Under the pieces are notes generated by a model that saw nothing but the letters and a program-made list of their open reading frames with translations, did not search any database and was not told where the DNA came from. Positions 11,201-22,394 of a stretch of 64,000 bases of DNA are shown here, piece by piece (positions within the stretch are counted from its first letter, which is position 1; each line of letters opens with the position of its first letter). The DNA is taken from IMG/VR virus record IMGVR_UViG_3300031760_003956, positions 30,226-94,225 of that record; one strand, given 5' to 3'. The position numbers and the translations under genes are program-made. Source of the DNA: a virus. Taxonomy: Duplodnaviria > Caudoviricetes.

Positions 11201-14200
11201 TTTAAAGAAACCGATACAAGCAATTTTGATGAAAATGCTTTTATTGATGATGTTAAAAGGAGAGCAGACGCTTATTCTGATTTTCTTAAACAGTCAGCAC
11301 AACAAGGCGGTATTAATTATAAAACTGAAACTGATGAAAAGGGTAATGTAAAATCTCTTGGTGTAGACGCTCTTGCTTCTTATTATAGTCAAATTAAAGG
11401 TTATGATGAGGACAAACTTATTAAACGTACTGCACAAGGTATTAAACTTAATACACAAGAACTTACAAGATTAAATAATGAGGTTGCTAAACAAGAAAAG
11501 AGCAAAGTTGATGAAAGGATTGAAAAGTTACAAAAGAAACTTGGAAATCTAAATGAAAAGATTAATTCTTGTACGGACGCAGAAGAAAGATTAAACCTTG
11601 AAAATGAACGTAGTGGTATTCTTGATGATATTGAAAACACCGAACTACTTGCAGCCAATTATGAAGCACTAACTTCTAAGTATCAGGCTTGGCAAGACGC
11701 TTTGAGTAATGGAGAAGAAGGAGATTCTTATGACGCTATAAGAGATAAACTCAAAGATATTAAAGAACTATACGACAAGGGTTTGGTTGGTACAAATGAG
11801 TTTAGAACTTATGTTGATTTACTGACGTTTAAGGATTTATCAACGGCTAATGTTGATGATATTGTTAAGGCTTATGAGAATCTTGACAATAATATTAAGA
11901 ATACAAGTTATAGCGTAAAAGACTTCCTCAAAGAAGATGAACAGGGTGTAAATAACTTCTTGTCTGCTATGAAAGAATTAGGTTACTATACACAAGGTAA
12001 AGATGGTGAATGGACTCTTAAAATTGCAGATAAAGAAAGTCTTGCAAAACAGCTTGGTATTAGTACGGAATTTCTTGAAAACATTGTACAGAAGTTAGAT
12101 GACTACGATTTCACCGTAGATATTGATATTGGTGGAATGTCAGATAATGACTTACAAAATGCTTTTGATGATGTTCGTAAGAAATTAAAGAAAGCAAAAC
12201 TCACCGATATGACATTTTCGTTCGATGAGAATACTACTGAATCACAGGTTGACGACCAACTTAAAGAGATTCGTAGGATTATTCATAAGAAGTGGACTAC
12301 CGTAAATGGTGAAGGTCAAGAGGTTATTAAGTTTGACATTGATGATGAAAATGCTAAAGCTGCTCAAATTATTCTTGCTAATCTTTTAAAGAAAAAGCAA
12401 GAATTTCAAGATAGCGGAGCGTTGGCGTTAAAGGTTGATGTTGACAAAGACTTAAAAGACCCGAAATCTGACGCTGGTAAGGCTATTAATAACATTCAAT
12501 CCTTTAATAAAGGTATGAATAAGTATCAAGTTGATATTCAAACAGGTACGGATACGAAAAAATCGACTAAGAAAATTACTAAGGCTGTTGATGGTCTTAA
12601 TAGTATTAAAGACAAAAAAGTTCGTGCTGAACTTGGACTTGATGATAAGAAATTTAAGAAGGCTGTTAAGAATATTAAGGCTAAAGTTAAAGCTGGTGCT
12701 GATTTAGACCAAAAAGATATTGACATTGTTAAATCCAAAATCAAAGGTATTGACGCTAAAGCACTCGTACATCTTGGAGTTGATAACAAGGACGTAGCTG
12801 AGGAAAAGAAACGTCAAGAAGGCGAAGTTATCAATAAAAAAGTTCAATTTAGCGTTGAAAAAAGTGAAGTTCTTAAATTTGAGAAAGAAGACCACGATGT
12901 AAAGGCTATTCTTAAATATGCTCCACAGATTGATGAAGACGCATTTACCCGATTAGTTAATCAGGCTAAAACGAGATTACAAAATCAGTTAAAAAATGTT
13001 AATCCTACGCCAAAGTCAAAGAAAAAGAAGAAAGCTAAAGTCAATGGTACTGCATTTGCAAGGGGTAATTGGGGTGCTAAAGACTCCGGTAGGGCTTTAG
13101 GTGGAGAACTTAAACCTGAAATTCACGTTTTTGCTAATAGTGGACGTTGGGAACTTATTGGCGAACGCTCTCCTGAGTTCTTTAATTATCGTAAAGGCGA
13201 TATTATTTTCAACGGAGAACAGACCGAACAGTTACTTAAATATGGTAAGATTAATTACGGTAGTAAACGTGGTAATTCATTCTTAGGTGGTACTGCGTTT
13301 GCTGGTTCTTCTGCTCGTGGTGGTATTAATCTTAATAGTCAAGGATTAATACCTAAATCTAAATCTACGAAGAAATCTTCATCGAGTTCTAAATCATCTT
13401 CTTCATCTTCTAAAAGTAAGAGTAGTTCTGATAGTAAGAGTGATAAGGACACACCACTTGATAAGTTTAAAGATTGGTTTAGTAAACTGTTTGATTGGAT
13501 TGAGGTTAAACTTGAACGACAAACTGATAAAATTAGTGACTATATTACTAAGGCTGAACGTGCAACAGAGCGTGGTAGTTATGACGCTTCTGTTAAGAAT
13601 TATCGTAAAGCTATAAACACAACAAGTGGGCTTGTTGAAACCGAGGGTAAAGCAAGTAGGCGGTATAAGAAACAAGCTAATAAAACATTGGACGTTGCTG
13701 TTAGCAAAGGCGTTATTAGCAAAAAGAGAGCAAATTCGATAAAGAAACTTGTTAAGTCGGGTAAAATTGATATTAGTAAGTATAGCGAAAGTGTTAGAGA
13801 AGTTATAGGTGATTATCAACAATGGTATGACAAAGCCAAAGAAGCTAAAAAATCTATCGGTGAACTTCATAATAATATTCGCACTTATATCAAAGACCTC
13901 AAAGATGTTCGTGACGCTCAACGTCAAGCAAAACTCGATAAACAGAGTACATTCACGGGTATTGGTACAAGTGGTTTTGCTTATACTTCTGCGTTTAAGA
14001 ATAGTCAACTTAATTATCAAAACTCACAGCTTAATGCTCAAAATTCTGCTTATAAAACTGAAACTGATAAAGTTGTAAGTGATTCTAAGAAAATTGGTAG
14101 TAGTGCTACTTCTGCTCTTGGTAAGTTAAAGCCGAAGAAGAATCAGAAGAAATATAAGCAAGCTATTAAAAATGCTAAAAATGCAATTAAAGCTAAAAAG

Positions 14201-16759
14201 AAAGTTAAAGACGCTGACTTAAAAACTATTAAAAAGCATAGTGTCAAGACATATGAGAAATTATATGCTTATAATCTTTCTTTGGATAATGTTGAAACGG
14301 CTAAACTTGAACAAGCGGCTAATTATGCTGAAACGAGTAATCAAAAATTTGCTAATCAAGAAGCTAAATATGAGAACGACAGGCAAAAGAGCGAAGACAA
14401 TATTAGTCTATTCCGTCAAAGAGCCGATAATGCTACTTCTGCAAGTGGTAAGAATACTCAGTTAGATAAAGTTGTTGCTCAGTACAATAAACAACAAACA
14501 GATAGACAAGCTGAGATTAATGATTTTGCGAATCAAGCAACGGCTTTTGGTAAAACTATTTCTAAACAATCTACTAAGGGTAGCGGTGATTATAGTCAAT
14601 ATATTACTCAGGCAAAGAATAACGTAACTGCTGGTACTACAATTAGTGCTTCTGTTCTCGCTAAACTTGCTGAGGGTTATAGTAAAGGTAAGATTACCGC
14701 TGGATTCTATCAGGCTTGTGTTGATTATAATAACGCACTTCAATACAAGAAACAAGCGGAAGACCAACAAGAGATTGAAAACGAAACAATTATAGCCGAA
14801 AAACGTGCTATTGGTGAAGAGAAGATAAGCAATATTCAGAAAGATTATCAAAATAAACTTTATAATAATAGAGTAAATGGTTTGACCTCTGAACAGTTAG
14901 GTGCTATGCGTGATATTAAGACCGCAAAAGGATTATCGCTTGACGCTAATGACTATCAACAGCAGATTCAGCTAAGTCAACAACAGAGAAATATTTTGAT
15001 AGCAGAACAACAAGATTTAATAAATCAAATGAATCAAAATATTGCTGATGGTTTGTGGACTTATGATTCTCAGGAATACATAGACGCTTCAAAAGCACTT
15101 GATGAAATCGGTGTTTCGATTGCCGGTTGTACAAAGAATGAAATTGAATGGAATAATGCGATTATAAACTTACCATTTGAGAAATATGAGAAAGCACTTC
15201 AAATCATCGACAAAGTTAAAGGTGCTTGGAGTGCATACGCAAGTATGATGAAGACGATTGGTAAGGATTTAGATAAGAGTGTTGAAACTGCTTATCTCCA
15301 ACAGATAGCACAAGAAACCGAACATTATCAAACCACAGTAAAGCAAACTGCGGAGGCTTGGGCTAATTATCAAAAGGCGTTAGCTGATTCTGAGGGTGTT
15401 TATGGTGGTAAGACTGCTGAGGAATGGTTTGGTGAGTATAACGATTTTGCGGCGGCTCAATATTCTTCTTATGAGAATATTAAGAAAATTAAAGATGAAC
15501 TTCGTGATGAGTTCTATCTTAAACCTTTTGAAAAAGCTATTGAAAAAGCCGAGAAACTTAATGGTTTGTTGGAGGGTATCGCTGAATTTATTGACGAGAG
15601 TATGTACTATGATAAAGACGGTAAGATAACCGAATATGGTATTGCACAGGTTGGTCTTTTGACTGCTGGTTACGAAAAAGCAAGAGAGCAAGTTGGCAAT
15701 TATCAAGCAGAACTTGATGAAGTCAACAGACTGTATGCAGAGGGTTATTATACTGCCGATGAGTATGCTGATAAGGTTAATGAAGTACAAACTAATATGC
15801 TTAACTCAGCTAAAGATATGAAGTCTTCTATGAATAGCATAGTTAATATGTATAAAGATATGGCTAAAGCTGAGTTAGATAGTTTGTTTAAGTTAATCGA
15901 AACTCGCCGTGAGGCTATTTCAGCGAAAAAATCTTACTATGACTTAGACAAAACGCTCCGTGATAAAAACTCAGAAATTCAAAATCTTGAAGCACAGATA
16001 GCAGCACTTGAAACTATGGACGATTTAGAGTCTAAGGCTCAACGTGCAAGATTACAGGCTGACTTAAAAGAGAAACAGGATGACCTTAACGAAACTGTAA
16101 ACGACCACTTAATTGAGATTAGTCAGAACGCTCTTGATGACTTGAAAGACAGTTTACAAGACGCTTTTGATGATAAGTGGGAGCATATATTTACTGATTT
16201 AAGTCAAGTAACACAGCTTATGAGTGCTGCTAACGCACTTACTAAGGGTTCGACTTTAACTATTAATAATGCTCTTAATAAGTTACTTGGTTATTATGGT
16301 ATTGACCCGAACAAAGCACAATTAAGTGATGTTGTATCTACGGCTTCTGCCGGATACGCAAGTGGTACAAGGTCTGTATCTCAAAGTGGGTTAGCTTGGA
16401 CTCAGGAAGGACGTAAACCTGAGTTTATTGTTAGAAAATCTGATGGTGCTATTCTAACTCCTTTAAGCAGAGGTGACGGTGTAATTCCTAACGACCTAAC
16501 TGATAACCTGTTTGCTTGGGGTAAGATTACACCCGAAGAATTTATCGGTAAGACGGGTGCTGATTATAACACACCTGAAACCAATGTCAACAATAATGTT
16601 TACAATAATTACGATAGTTTGATTAGAGTAGACGGTAATGTTGACAGTACAGTAATTACAGATTTAAAGGCGTTTGGCAAACAATTTTACGAGGACTCTT
16701 ATCAATACACACACAGACGTATTGTAAGTGATTTGAAGAAAATTGGTGTTAAACGATAA
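2230..16759 (+). CDS. Tail tape-measure protein, ~3360 aa after splicing; join(2230..3814,4106..4217,4642..4863,5278..5524,6846..7169,9167..16759)
   Basis: Exons sum to 10083 nt (3361 codons). Junctions restore tape-measure-type sequence: ADWSRLG-Y-SIKDA, VSAMK-A-FKIEA, GNAMK-T-ISMRIRG, LEALAG-KRQGQ, KFGVG-IFKT. Long coiled-coil; followed by Dit-like and tail genes. Confidence 0.88.
3815..4105 (+). ncRNA. Group I intron 1 in tape-measure gene (291 nt, no ORF)
   Basis: Exon ends in U3814 paired with G3826 in P1 (UUCG-capped); P3 TTCAGC/GCTGAA; P7 GAGTA(3938-42)/TACTC(4010-14); terminal G4105; splicing gives T|AC = Tyr in frame. Confidence 0.88.
4218..4641 (+). ncRNA. Group I intron 2 in tape-measure gene (424 nt, no ORF; C-G at 5' splice site)
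   Basis: R motif GGTTCAACGACTA; P7 GACTA(4461-65)/TAGTC(4607-11); P1 GGC|A with TGCC and a GAAA tetraloop; terminal G4641; GC|A = Ala in frame. Confidence 0.88.
4864..5277 (+). ncRNA. Group I intron 3 in tape-measure gene (414 nt, no ORF; C-G at 5' splice site)
   Basis: P7 GACCA(5046-50)/TGGTC(5204-08); P1 AAGAC|AA with TTGTCTT; terminal G5277; AC|A = Thr in frame; strongly similar to intron 2. Confidence 0.88.
5525..6845 (+). mobile_element. Group I intron 4 in tape-measure gene (1321 nt) encoding an HNH homing endonuclease
   Basis: P1 CCGGT|/GCCGG with U5524-G5537; P10 ACGTT(5531-35) pairs exon AACGT; P7 GACCA(5734-38)/TGGTC(5880-84); ORF looped out by a perfect 12-bp stem 5908-5919/6801-6812; terminal G6845. 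Confidence 0.9.
5927..6808 (+). CDS. Intron-encoded HNH homing endonuclease with N-terminal Myb/SANT-like repeats
   Basis: Repeats YTNDDIDFLRKYY / WTEKETKILMQNY / WKDWEVEYIQTNW; C-terminal CVLT...EIHHLY...GVCV..KLHVLFHSMYG. Confidence 0.82.
   Translation: MRYTYTNDDIDFLRKYYPNGDWEKIEQRFPFLSKTAIYRKCQKLNIASNNTHRKDFDNTKNRRKWTEKETKILMQNYSYIPFDDLMKLLPNRTKDMINNKAKRCNLLSYQKITSKWKDWEVEYIQTNWFLIPDVIIAKNIGRTQRAVKWKREQMGLYRQNFESFSYPTISKYLRGQNQQWKKESMENCNYKCVLTDSKSFEIHHLYGVSNIINDIFDLYPKYKDKSFKDYSEKDLSFLLTEFLRIQSLYPLGVCVDKKLHVLFHSMYGQYFNTPEQWYRFCEDYKKGVYEEYI
7608..7886. repeat. Cluster of direct repeats and hairpins inside intron-5 cargo
   Basis: TTGAAAAA(C/A)GTGCGAAAAGTGT at 7622-43 and 7655-76; GCAACC-N6-GGTTGC at 7728-45 and 7757-74; long stems TGCACAAATA/TATTTGTGCA, GGTATAAT/ATTATACC, TCGGCAAT/ATTGCCGA. 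Confidence 0.8.
7909..8253 (+). CDS. Hypothetical basic protein (intron-5 cargo)
   Basis: 114-aa ORF with RBS GAAAGGA; Lys/Arg/Tyr-rich; no motif recognised. Confidence 0.6.
   Translation: MIFSVDRFIELSKSKIKKKFKKVYLYDEYNNATGRNKERRYYYNKEIMLFLKEWEIELTYKTLIHKGVFTEKELSFEQFIKLFYIKIFENRYLCRFIDIKPMIDFINRVRQNND
8225..8554 (-). CDS. Hypothetical protein (intron-5 cargo, antisense to tape measure)
   Basis: ORF 8225..8599 on the track; more likely start ATG at 8554 (MSDFVDRK) after AAGGTAGGG. Confidence 0.55.
   Translation of the reverse strand: MSDFVDRKLTEEEFKLIKESVEIDGIFIMQEFSYRQDIINKMNNNTFINISDAIFYAPFVVLCLKERNNILSNEVKNEFNETKKQQLRQKLYLCNNLWRMINHYFAELY
8627..9067 (-). CDS. Single-pass membrane protein, moron/superinfection-exclusion-like (intron-5 cargo)
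   Basis: N-terminal hydrophobic helix IVFFVSIIVIIIIVVIGIVISL, then Thr/Asn-rich linker and small extracellular domain; RBS AGGAGG. Confidence 0.7.
   Translation of the reverse strand: MLQNKDKSEKNSIVFFVSIIVIIIIVVIGIVISLTTCKKSNTTDNPTNTNSYSDTDYEQEYTKPQMSTYYLKKAERAAMSYCSRVMSIYREVSSVVYTGDYNIIDEDTVYLDFNMTINGKPQIKSVSCQRRENGTWKASLYEYKVD
9096..9124 (-). promoter_or_regulatory. Sigma-A-type promoter driving the antisense cargo genes
   Basis: TTGAAT (9124-9119), 17-nt spacer, TATAAT (9101-9096), upstream of RBS AGGAGG and ATG 9067. Confidence 0.75.
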
Positions 16760-16761
16760 TT

Positions 16762-16783
16762 GGTGGGGAGTTTTCTCCCCACC
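16762..16783 (+). other. GC-rich hairpin after tape-measure gene
   Basis: GGTGGGGAG-tttt-CTCCCCACC; no clear U tract, so possibly a stability or processing hairpin. Confidence 0.5.
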
Positions 16784-16814
16784 TCTATTATTATAAGAGA
16801 GGTGAGAAAAATAA

Positions 16815-17681
16815 ATGGTTGGTTTAGATTTTACTTATAATGGAAAGAAACTAAGTGACTTTGGTATGATTATGGCTAAACCGAGTGATACAACTAATAT
16901 GGGTTTAAATAAAGAAATACTTAAAGGCACTACGACAATAAATAAAAAGCGACCGATTCATTATGGAGTAAAGTACACCGATACTCTTGTTGAGCCGTTT
17001 TTTATTATTAAAAATCCAATTTTAAAAAATAAATCTCACACCGAACAATATCATAGAATTAGCGAAGGACATTTGCGAAAACTCTCTGCGTGGCTGACTT
17101 CACCCTCTACAATGCGTAAACTTGAAGTATTGTATGACAATCAAAACAAGATAAAAATGAACGGCGTATTTAATAATATCACGCCGTATTATGTTAATGG
17201 ATTAAATGGATTGAATTTAACTTTTACTTCTGATTCACCATTTGCTTATAAAGAAAAACAGGTTAAGGTTTCGGCACAATTATATACTCCTATTACCAAA
17301 ATTATTAATTGTGATTCTGACGAATTAGAAGATTTAATATATCCCAAGATTATTGTTAGACCACATAATGTAAGTACAACAGGTAATTATTATGTAAAGA
17401 ATAAGACTACGAACAAACTAATGGAGTTTAGTTTACCTTCTTGTACCGAAGCTGTTATTGATACACAGTTAAAACGTGTTACTGCTGACGGATTCCCCGT
17501 GACAATGGAAGATTTAGGTTGGAATATAAACGAGATATATAATTTTAATGGAGTGGGTACAGGTACTTATGAGATATATTGGTTTTCCCTACTTCCGAAA
17601 ATGAACGAAATTGTATTTGCTGGAAATGCTGATTTTATAGTTGATATTAGTATTCCGATTAAGGTAGGTGGCTTGCCGTAA
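16815..17681 (+). CDS. Distal tail protein (Dit)-like
   Basis: Directly after tape measure; DFTYNGKKLSDFG start, SDSPFAY motif, C-terminal LLPKMNEI. Confidence 0.75.
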   Translation: MVGLDFTYNGKKLSDFGMIMAKPSDTTNMGLNKEILKGTTTINKKRPIHYGVKYTDTLVEPFFIIKNPILKNKSHTEQYHRISEGHLRKLSAWLTSPSTMRKLEVLYDNQNKIKMNGVFNNITPYYVNGLNGLNLTFTSDSPFAYKEKQVKVSAQLYTPITKIINCDSDELEDLIYPKIIVRPHNVSTTGNYYVKNKTTNKLMEFSLPSCTEAVIDTQLKRVTADGFPVTMEDLGWNINEIYNFNGVGTGTYEIYWFSLLPKMNEIVFAGNADFIVDISIPIKVGGLP

Positions 17682-20600
17682 TGTTTGATTTTAATTTATA
17701 CGATAACCCGAAGCCTTTGAAGATATTTCTTTGTAGACCTGATACGCATAAAGCAATATGTGAATTGAACGGAATTGTCGAGGATACTTGTAGATTGAAA
17801 TTGGCTGGTAATAATCAATATGAATTAAATTTCGATTATTATAGGTATATGGATATAAATGGTGAGCGAATAGAAACTAACGGGTATGATAAGTTGTTGA
17901 TTGATACCGAGTTGTTTGTAGAGAAATTTGGATACTTCAAGTTAAAATATCCTCCTTATACAGATGATGGCGATAAGGAAATGAAAAGTATCACAGCACA
18001 TTCTATTGATTGTGAATTGGAAAACAAAGAACTTGTTAATTTTAAAGTGAATACAGGTGAAAAGGATTCTGCGGAATATCTTGTTACCTATGATGATGGA
18101 GAAACCGAAAGTCTATTAAACGAATACACAGGACTTCCTTACGATTATATTGTATTTTATAATACTTTCCCTGAACAGCTTACTGCTTTTAAAAGTTTTG
18201 TATTAGGTGGCGGTGCTATAGATGACGCAACCCGAAATGTTACTGACGCTACGAGAATTGCGAAATTTATGGAAATGATAAAACTCATTCCTCGTCTTTT
18301 TAGCAAAGTTGTTTATGATTCAACTAACGATGAACATTCATTAATTGAATATATGAAAATTTTTTATAAGCAAGACGGTGTTACGGTTGACAAAATACAA
18401 TATAAACGAAGTGTACTTTGTGCGAGAATTGATGAACTATTTACCTTTTATACTAAATATCGTAATCAGCTTAGTCTTTTGACTTTGGCTATTGAAAAAT
18501 GTAATTGTAATTGGTCTGTAGGTGATATAGATAGCAGTTTAGTGAATAAGAGATTTCAATTTAACGTGAGTGAAAATATATATGCTTTCTTAACGAATGA
18601 TTTAGCGTCAAAGACTAAGGCAATCGTTGATTTCGATAGAATCAATAGAAAGATTAATGTTGTGTTGATTGAAAATTTAGGGAACGATTCGGGTGTATTT
18701 TTATCAAAAAATTCCCTAATTAATTCTGTCAATATAACTTGTAACGAAGAAAAGTTATGTACACGATACAATGTTACCGGCGGTAACGATATTGATTTAA
18801 GGTATGTTAATTTCGGTCATTCACGAATTGACAATATTGATTATTATTTAAGCGTTCGTGATGATAGTGGCAACTTAGTTTATGTATCAGAAGAATTAGC
18901 GGAGAAATACAGGCAGTATAAGACAGATATAGAAATAGCAAGAGAGAAATACATTGAATATACAAAACAATACAATCAACTCAATCAAGATATTCGGGCG
19001 TTTAAATATCGTTTGCCAAATGATGAAGTTAAGAATGACTGGGATACATATAGACTTGACGAGTTAGAGGGTCTTGTAACGGTTTATAACAATCTTCTTT
19101 GTACTCTGAAAACTTTATATAACGAAGACTACGGCGATAGGGGTTATACCAATGGTGAGATAAACGAAAACTTTATGCGTACTACTGAATATTGGTATGA
19201 TTATTACGCATATAAACAAGTTTTAGACCAATTAGACGAGGCTAAAAATTGTAAATTGAATGATGAACGATATAGTGAAATAGATAATGAGCAAATTATA
19301 GCAAAGATTAAAGCCTTTGAAACTGAGTGGAGTTTGTATGGAACGGTAGAATTAGAAAACAAAATTAAGTCATATATCGAACGAATGAATGTAATGATTG
19401 ATGGTGGTTCTATCATTATTCAAGCGAATACTGATTATACTCCTAAAACTTGGTCTAATTTAAGCGTTGAGGAAAAGAAAAATTATAATAGTTTAGAGAT
19501 AAACTATTATTATACCGAGTATTATAAGATTTACTCTGAGTATGTTAGTTGTAAAACTTATCTTGATAGCTTATATCCTCAATTAACGCAAATGGAAAGC
19601 GACCTTGCTGACGTTACTGAGGATAGAAACAACCTTTTAAAATATGTAACTTTAGAGGGTTATGATAGAGATGAATTAGCTGATTTGGTTGATTTGGATA
19701 CTATAACAAGCGAAATACAATATAGTTTTACTGCGACCGAGATAGGTATTATTACGTCACTATATATTGATAGTAATTACAGTAATGAGAATATTTTAAC
19801 TACTTCTCTTGACGATACCGTTAGTACCGTTGATGTTGAAAAAGAGTTGTTAGAGGACGCTGAGGAAGAATTATCAAAAGTAAGTCAACCTCAGCTAACG
19901 ATAACTACGAGTATTGATAATCTTCTCGCTATTCCTGAGTTCAAAGGTTATAATTTTGATATTTATAACTATGTAATGCTTGAATATTATAAAGATTACT
20001 ATGTTAAACTGAGGTTGTATGAGATAGAATTTAACCCTGTTATGCCCGAAGATGAAATTAGTGTTGTGTTTACTAACTATATTAATTCTGCTTCTGAGCG
20101 TAGTGATTTATCATATATTCTACAACAATCCTCTGGTGGCGGTAGTAGTTCGGGTGGTTCTGGCGGTGGTTCTGATGGTAACTTTGGCGAGTCTGATGAT
20201 ATTGATGTAACCATAAGTAATACTATGTTGGCTAAACTATTGAATACAGAAATGTTTGGTTCAAGGGTTACTGACGTTGTATTGGATACTATTAATATTA
20301 AAACATTAACTGCAAGGACAGCTACATTTAAGGATTTAGCAAACGGCACTACAACTATTGATGGTGGCTGTATTACTACGGGAGTAATAAAATCTGATAA
20401 TTATAACGGTACGAGTACCACGAATAGTAACGGATTGAAAAGTTATGATATTGATAATACGACAGGTAGTATTATTATTCTAAAAGACCCGAGCAATAAT
20501 AATGTGTCACGAAACGGCACATTCAATTTCGGTGGAGGCAAATTGAAGTGGGATGGTTCAAATCTAACGGCACAAGGTAGGATTACCGCACATACGTTAT

Positions 20601-22375
20601 CAACTGGTTCAAAAACTGGATATTATGACGCTCACGATGGTTTGTTTATTGATAAGGACGGTAATATAGCTGTCGGTAGTGCTAATACTGTTGAAATTAA
20701 TAAAGACGGTACATTTAATTTTGGTAACGGACAGATAATTTGGAATGGTACTGCATTGTCTATAGGTGGATATAATACAGATAATTCGTATAGTGGATAT
20801 GTAGTTGATACTACTGGATATGATAATATTATAAATTTATATGGTTATGGTACTCCTACTAATGTAGGCTATTCAGCAAGTGAACATAATGGAAAAGTAT
20901 ATCTTAATACAAGTAGTGGATATTTATATCAATCCAATGGTAATAGTTGGGTATTCTATCGACCACAGGGGGCTGAAACCAATATTGTATTGCCTATGAT
21001 TTCTAAAGGAGCAAAGTTAATAAAACAAATCAATCTAACTGCGGAGAATTTATCTATTAACGCAAACAAGATAGATTTAACTGGTTATGTAACAATTTCA
21101 AGTCTTGGAGCTAATGGTACGACTACGATTGATGGTGGACGTATTCAGACAGGTGTAATTAAATCAAGAAATTACGGCAATCTAAGTAATGCTAACGACC
21201 CATTATCAAATACCACGGGCAGTATTTTGGTGTTAGATGATGGTACGTTTAGTTTTGGTGGCGGTAAACTGAAATGGGATAATACCAAACTTTCAATAGC
21301 TGGTGAGTTAAGTGCTGGCGGTAAAGATAGCCAAACATCAACCGTAGAAGGAACTTTTATTGATACAAATGGTAATATTTTTGTAGGTGGTTATGATACA
21401 AATTATAGTGATGTTCAAACCAATGGCTGTGCAATTAAGATTTCTAACTCAGGAACAATTTACACACAAAATTATATAATGGACAGTAATAGTAATGTGT
21501 TATATACTCAACAGTCACAATTAACTGGCGGTACTTTGACTTTTTATCGTAATGGTATTAGACACGGAAGAATAAACGCTGGTATTATGGGTACGACAAA
21601 AACACTTGGCTTAGTAACAGACAACAATGCTATTTTGGGTATAGGTGGTTTTAAATCTAATGGTGATGTTGGTCTGCATACTCTAATTAGTTCAACTACA
21701 AATTCTAATGGTGATTTAGTTGGTAAAGTAGAAACAGATAATGTTTATGCGGATAATATATATACGGATTACATTTATTCTCAAACTTCGGGAGTAGCTT
21801 TAGATTTCAAGTCAACTTTACATATTGGATATTACGATATACAAGCTTTTAATTACACAACATTTGTTAAGGTTGAAGCAAATCCTGATAAATTATATTT
21901 GGGAACACATAAAGATAATGATATTCCAACATATATTAGAGGTTCAAAAATATATTTAGATGGCGATTCAGGTGTTTACTTGGCTACAGGCGGTGCAGCC
22001 ACTACGGTTTCTGATGAAAACGTAAAAACTTTATATGAAATTACTTCTAAATATGAAAACTTTTTTAAACGATTAAATCCCACGCTATACAAGTATAATC
22101 AAGGCGGTCATAGATTGCATATGGGATTTGGTGCAAGAGCCGTTGAACAAGCATTATTATCATCTGGTCTTACTACGGAAGAATTTGCCGGTGTTGTAAT
22201 TGAGCGAGAACATACTATTCCATCCGAGGTTTCATATTCGGGCGAGGATGAATATTATGAAGCGTTATATTCTTTGCGTTATGAGGAATTTACTGCTCTC
22301 AACACTTATATGATACAGAAACTTATGACAAAAATTCAAGAATTAGAAACAGAAATAGAACAATTAAAAGATTAA
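17681..22375 (+). CDS. Tail hub/spike protein with C-terminal intramolecular chaperone (peptidase S74-like)
   Basis: Follows Dit; coiled-coil, beta-rich repeats (NGTTTIDGG..GGGKLKWD twice); SDENVK...HMGFGA...LRYEEF plus terminal coiled coil. Confidence 0.78.
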   Translation: MFDFNLYDNPKPLKIFLCRPDTHKAICELNGIVEDTCRLKLAGNNQYELNFDYYRYMDINGERIETNGYDKLLIDTELFVEKFGYFKLKYPPYTDDGDKEMKSITAHSIDCELENKELVNFKVNTGEKDSAEYLVTYDDGETESLLNEYTGLPYDYIVFYNTFPEQLTAFKSFVLGGGAIDDATRNVTDATRIAKFMEMIKLIPRLFSKVVYDSTNDEHSLIEYMKIFYKQDGVTVDKIQYKRSVLCARIDELFTFYTKYRNQLSLLTLAIEKCNCNWSVGDIDSSLVNKRFQFNVSENIYAFLTNDLASKTKAIVDFDRINRKINVVLIENLGNDSGVFLSKNSLINSVNITCNEEKLCTRYNVTGGNDIDLRYVNFGHSRIDNIDYYLSVRDDSGNLVYVSEELAEKYRQYKTDIEIAREKYIEYTKQYNQLNQDIRAFKYRLPNDEVKNDWDTYRLDELEGLVTVYNNLLCTLKTLYNEDYGDRGYTNGEINENFMRTTEYWYDYYAYKQVLDQLDEAKNCKLNDERYSEIDNEQIIAKIKAFETEWSLYGTVELENKIKSYIERMNVMIDGGSIIIQANTDYTPKTWSNLSVEEKKNYNSLEINYYYTEYYKIYSEYVSCKTYLDSLYPQLTQMESDLADVTEDRNNLLKYVTLEGYDRDELADLVDLDTITSEIQYSFTATEIGIITSLYIDSNYSNENILTTSLDDTVSTVDVEKELLEDAEEELSKVSQPQLTITTSIDNLLAIPEFKGYNFDIYNYVMLEYYKDYYVKLRLYEIEFNPVMPEDEISVVFTNYINSASERSDLSYILQQSSGGGSSSGGSGGGSDGNFGESDDIDVTISNTMLAKLLNTEMFGSRVTDVVLDTINIKTLTARTATFKDLANGTTTIDGGCITTGVIKSDNYNGTSTTNSNGLKSYDIDNTTGSIIILKDPSNNNVSRNGTFNFGGGKLKWDGSNLTAQGRITAHTLSTGSKTGYYDAHDGLFIDKDGNIAVGSANTVEINKDGTFNFGNGQIIWNGTALSIGGYNTDNSYSGYVVDTTGYDNIINLYGYGTPTNVGYSASEHNGKVYLNTSSGYLYQSNGNSWVFYRPQGAETNIVLPMISKGAKLIKQINLTAENLSINANKIDLTGYVTISSLGANGTTTIDGGRIQTGVIKSRNYGNLSNANDPLSNTTGSILVLDDGTFSFGGGKLKWDNTKLSIAGELSAGGKDSQTSTVEGTFIDTNGNIFVGGYDTNYSDVQTNGCAIKISNSGTIYTQNYIMDSNSNVLYTQQSQLTGGTLTFYRNGIRHGRINAGIMGTTKTLGLVTDNNAILGIGGFKSNGDVGLHTLISSTTNSNGDLVGKVETDNVYADNIYTDYIYSQTSGVALDFKSTLHIGYYDIQAFNYTTFVKVEANPDKLYLGTHKDNDIPTYIRGSKIYLDGDSGVYLATGGAATTVSDENVKTLYEITSKYENFFKRLNPTLYKYNQGGHRLHMGFGARAVEQALLSSGLTTEEFAGVVIEREHTIPSEVSYSGEDEYYEALYSLRYEEFTALNTYMIQKLMTKIQELETEIEQLKD

Positions 22376-22394
22376 ATGAAAGAAGGAAAATAAT

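Noticed and set aside
13370-13445. Ser/Lys low-complexity repeat in tape measure as a separate element
   Set aside because: Ordinary in-frame flexible linker
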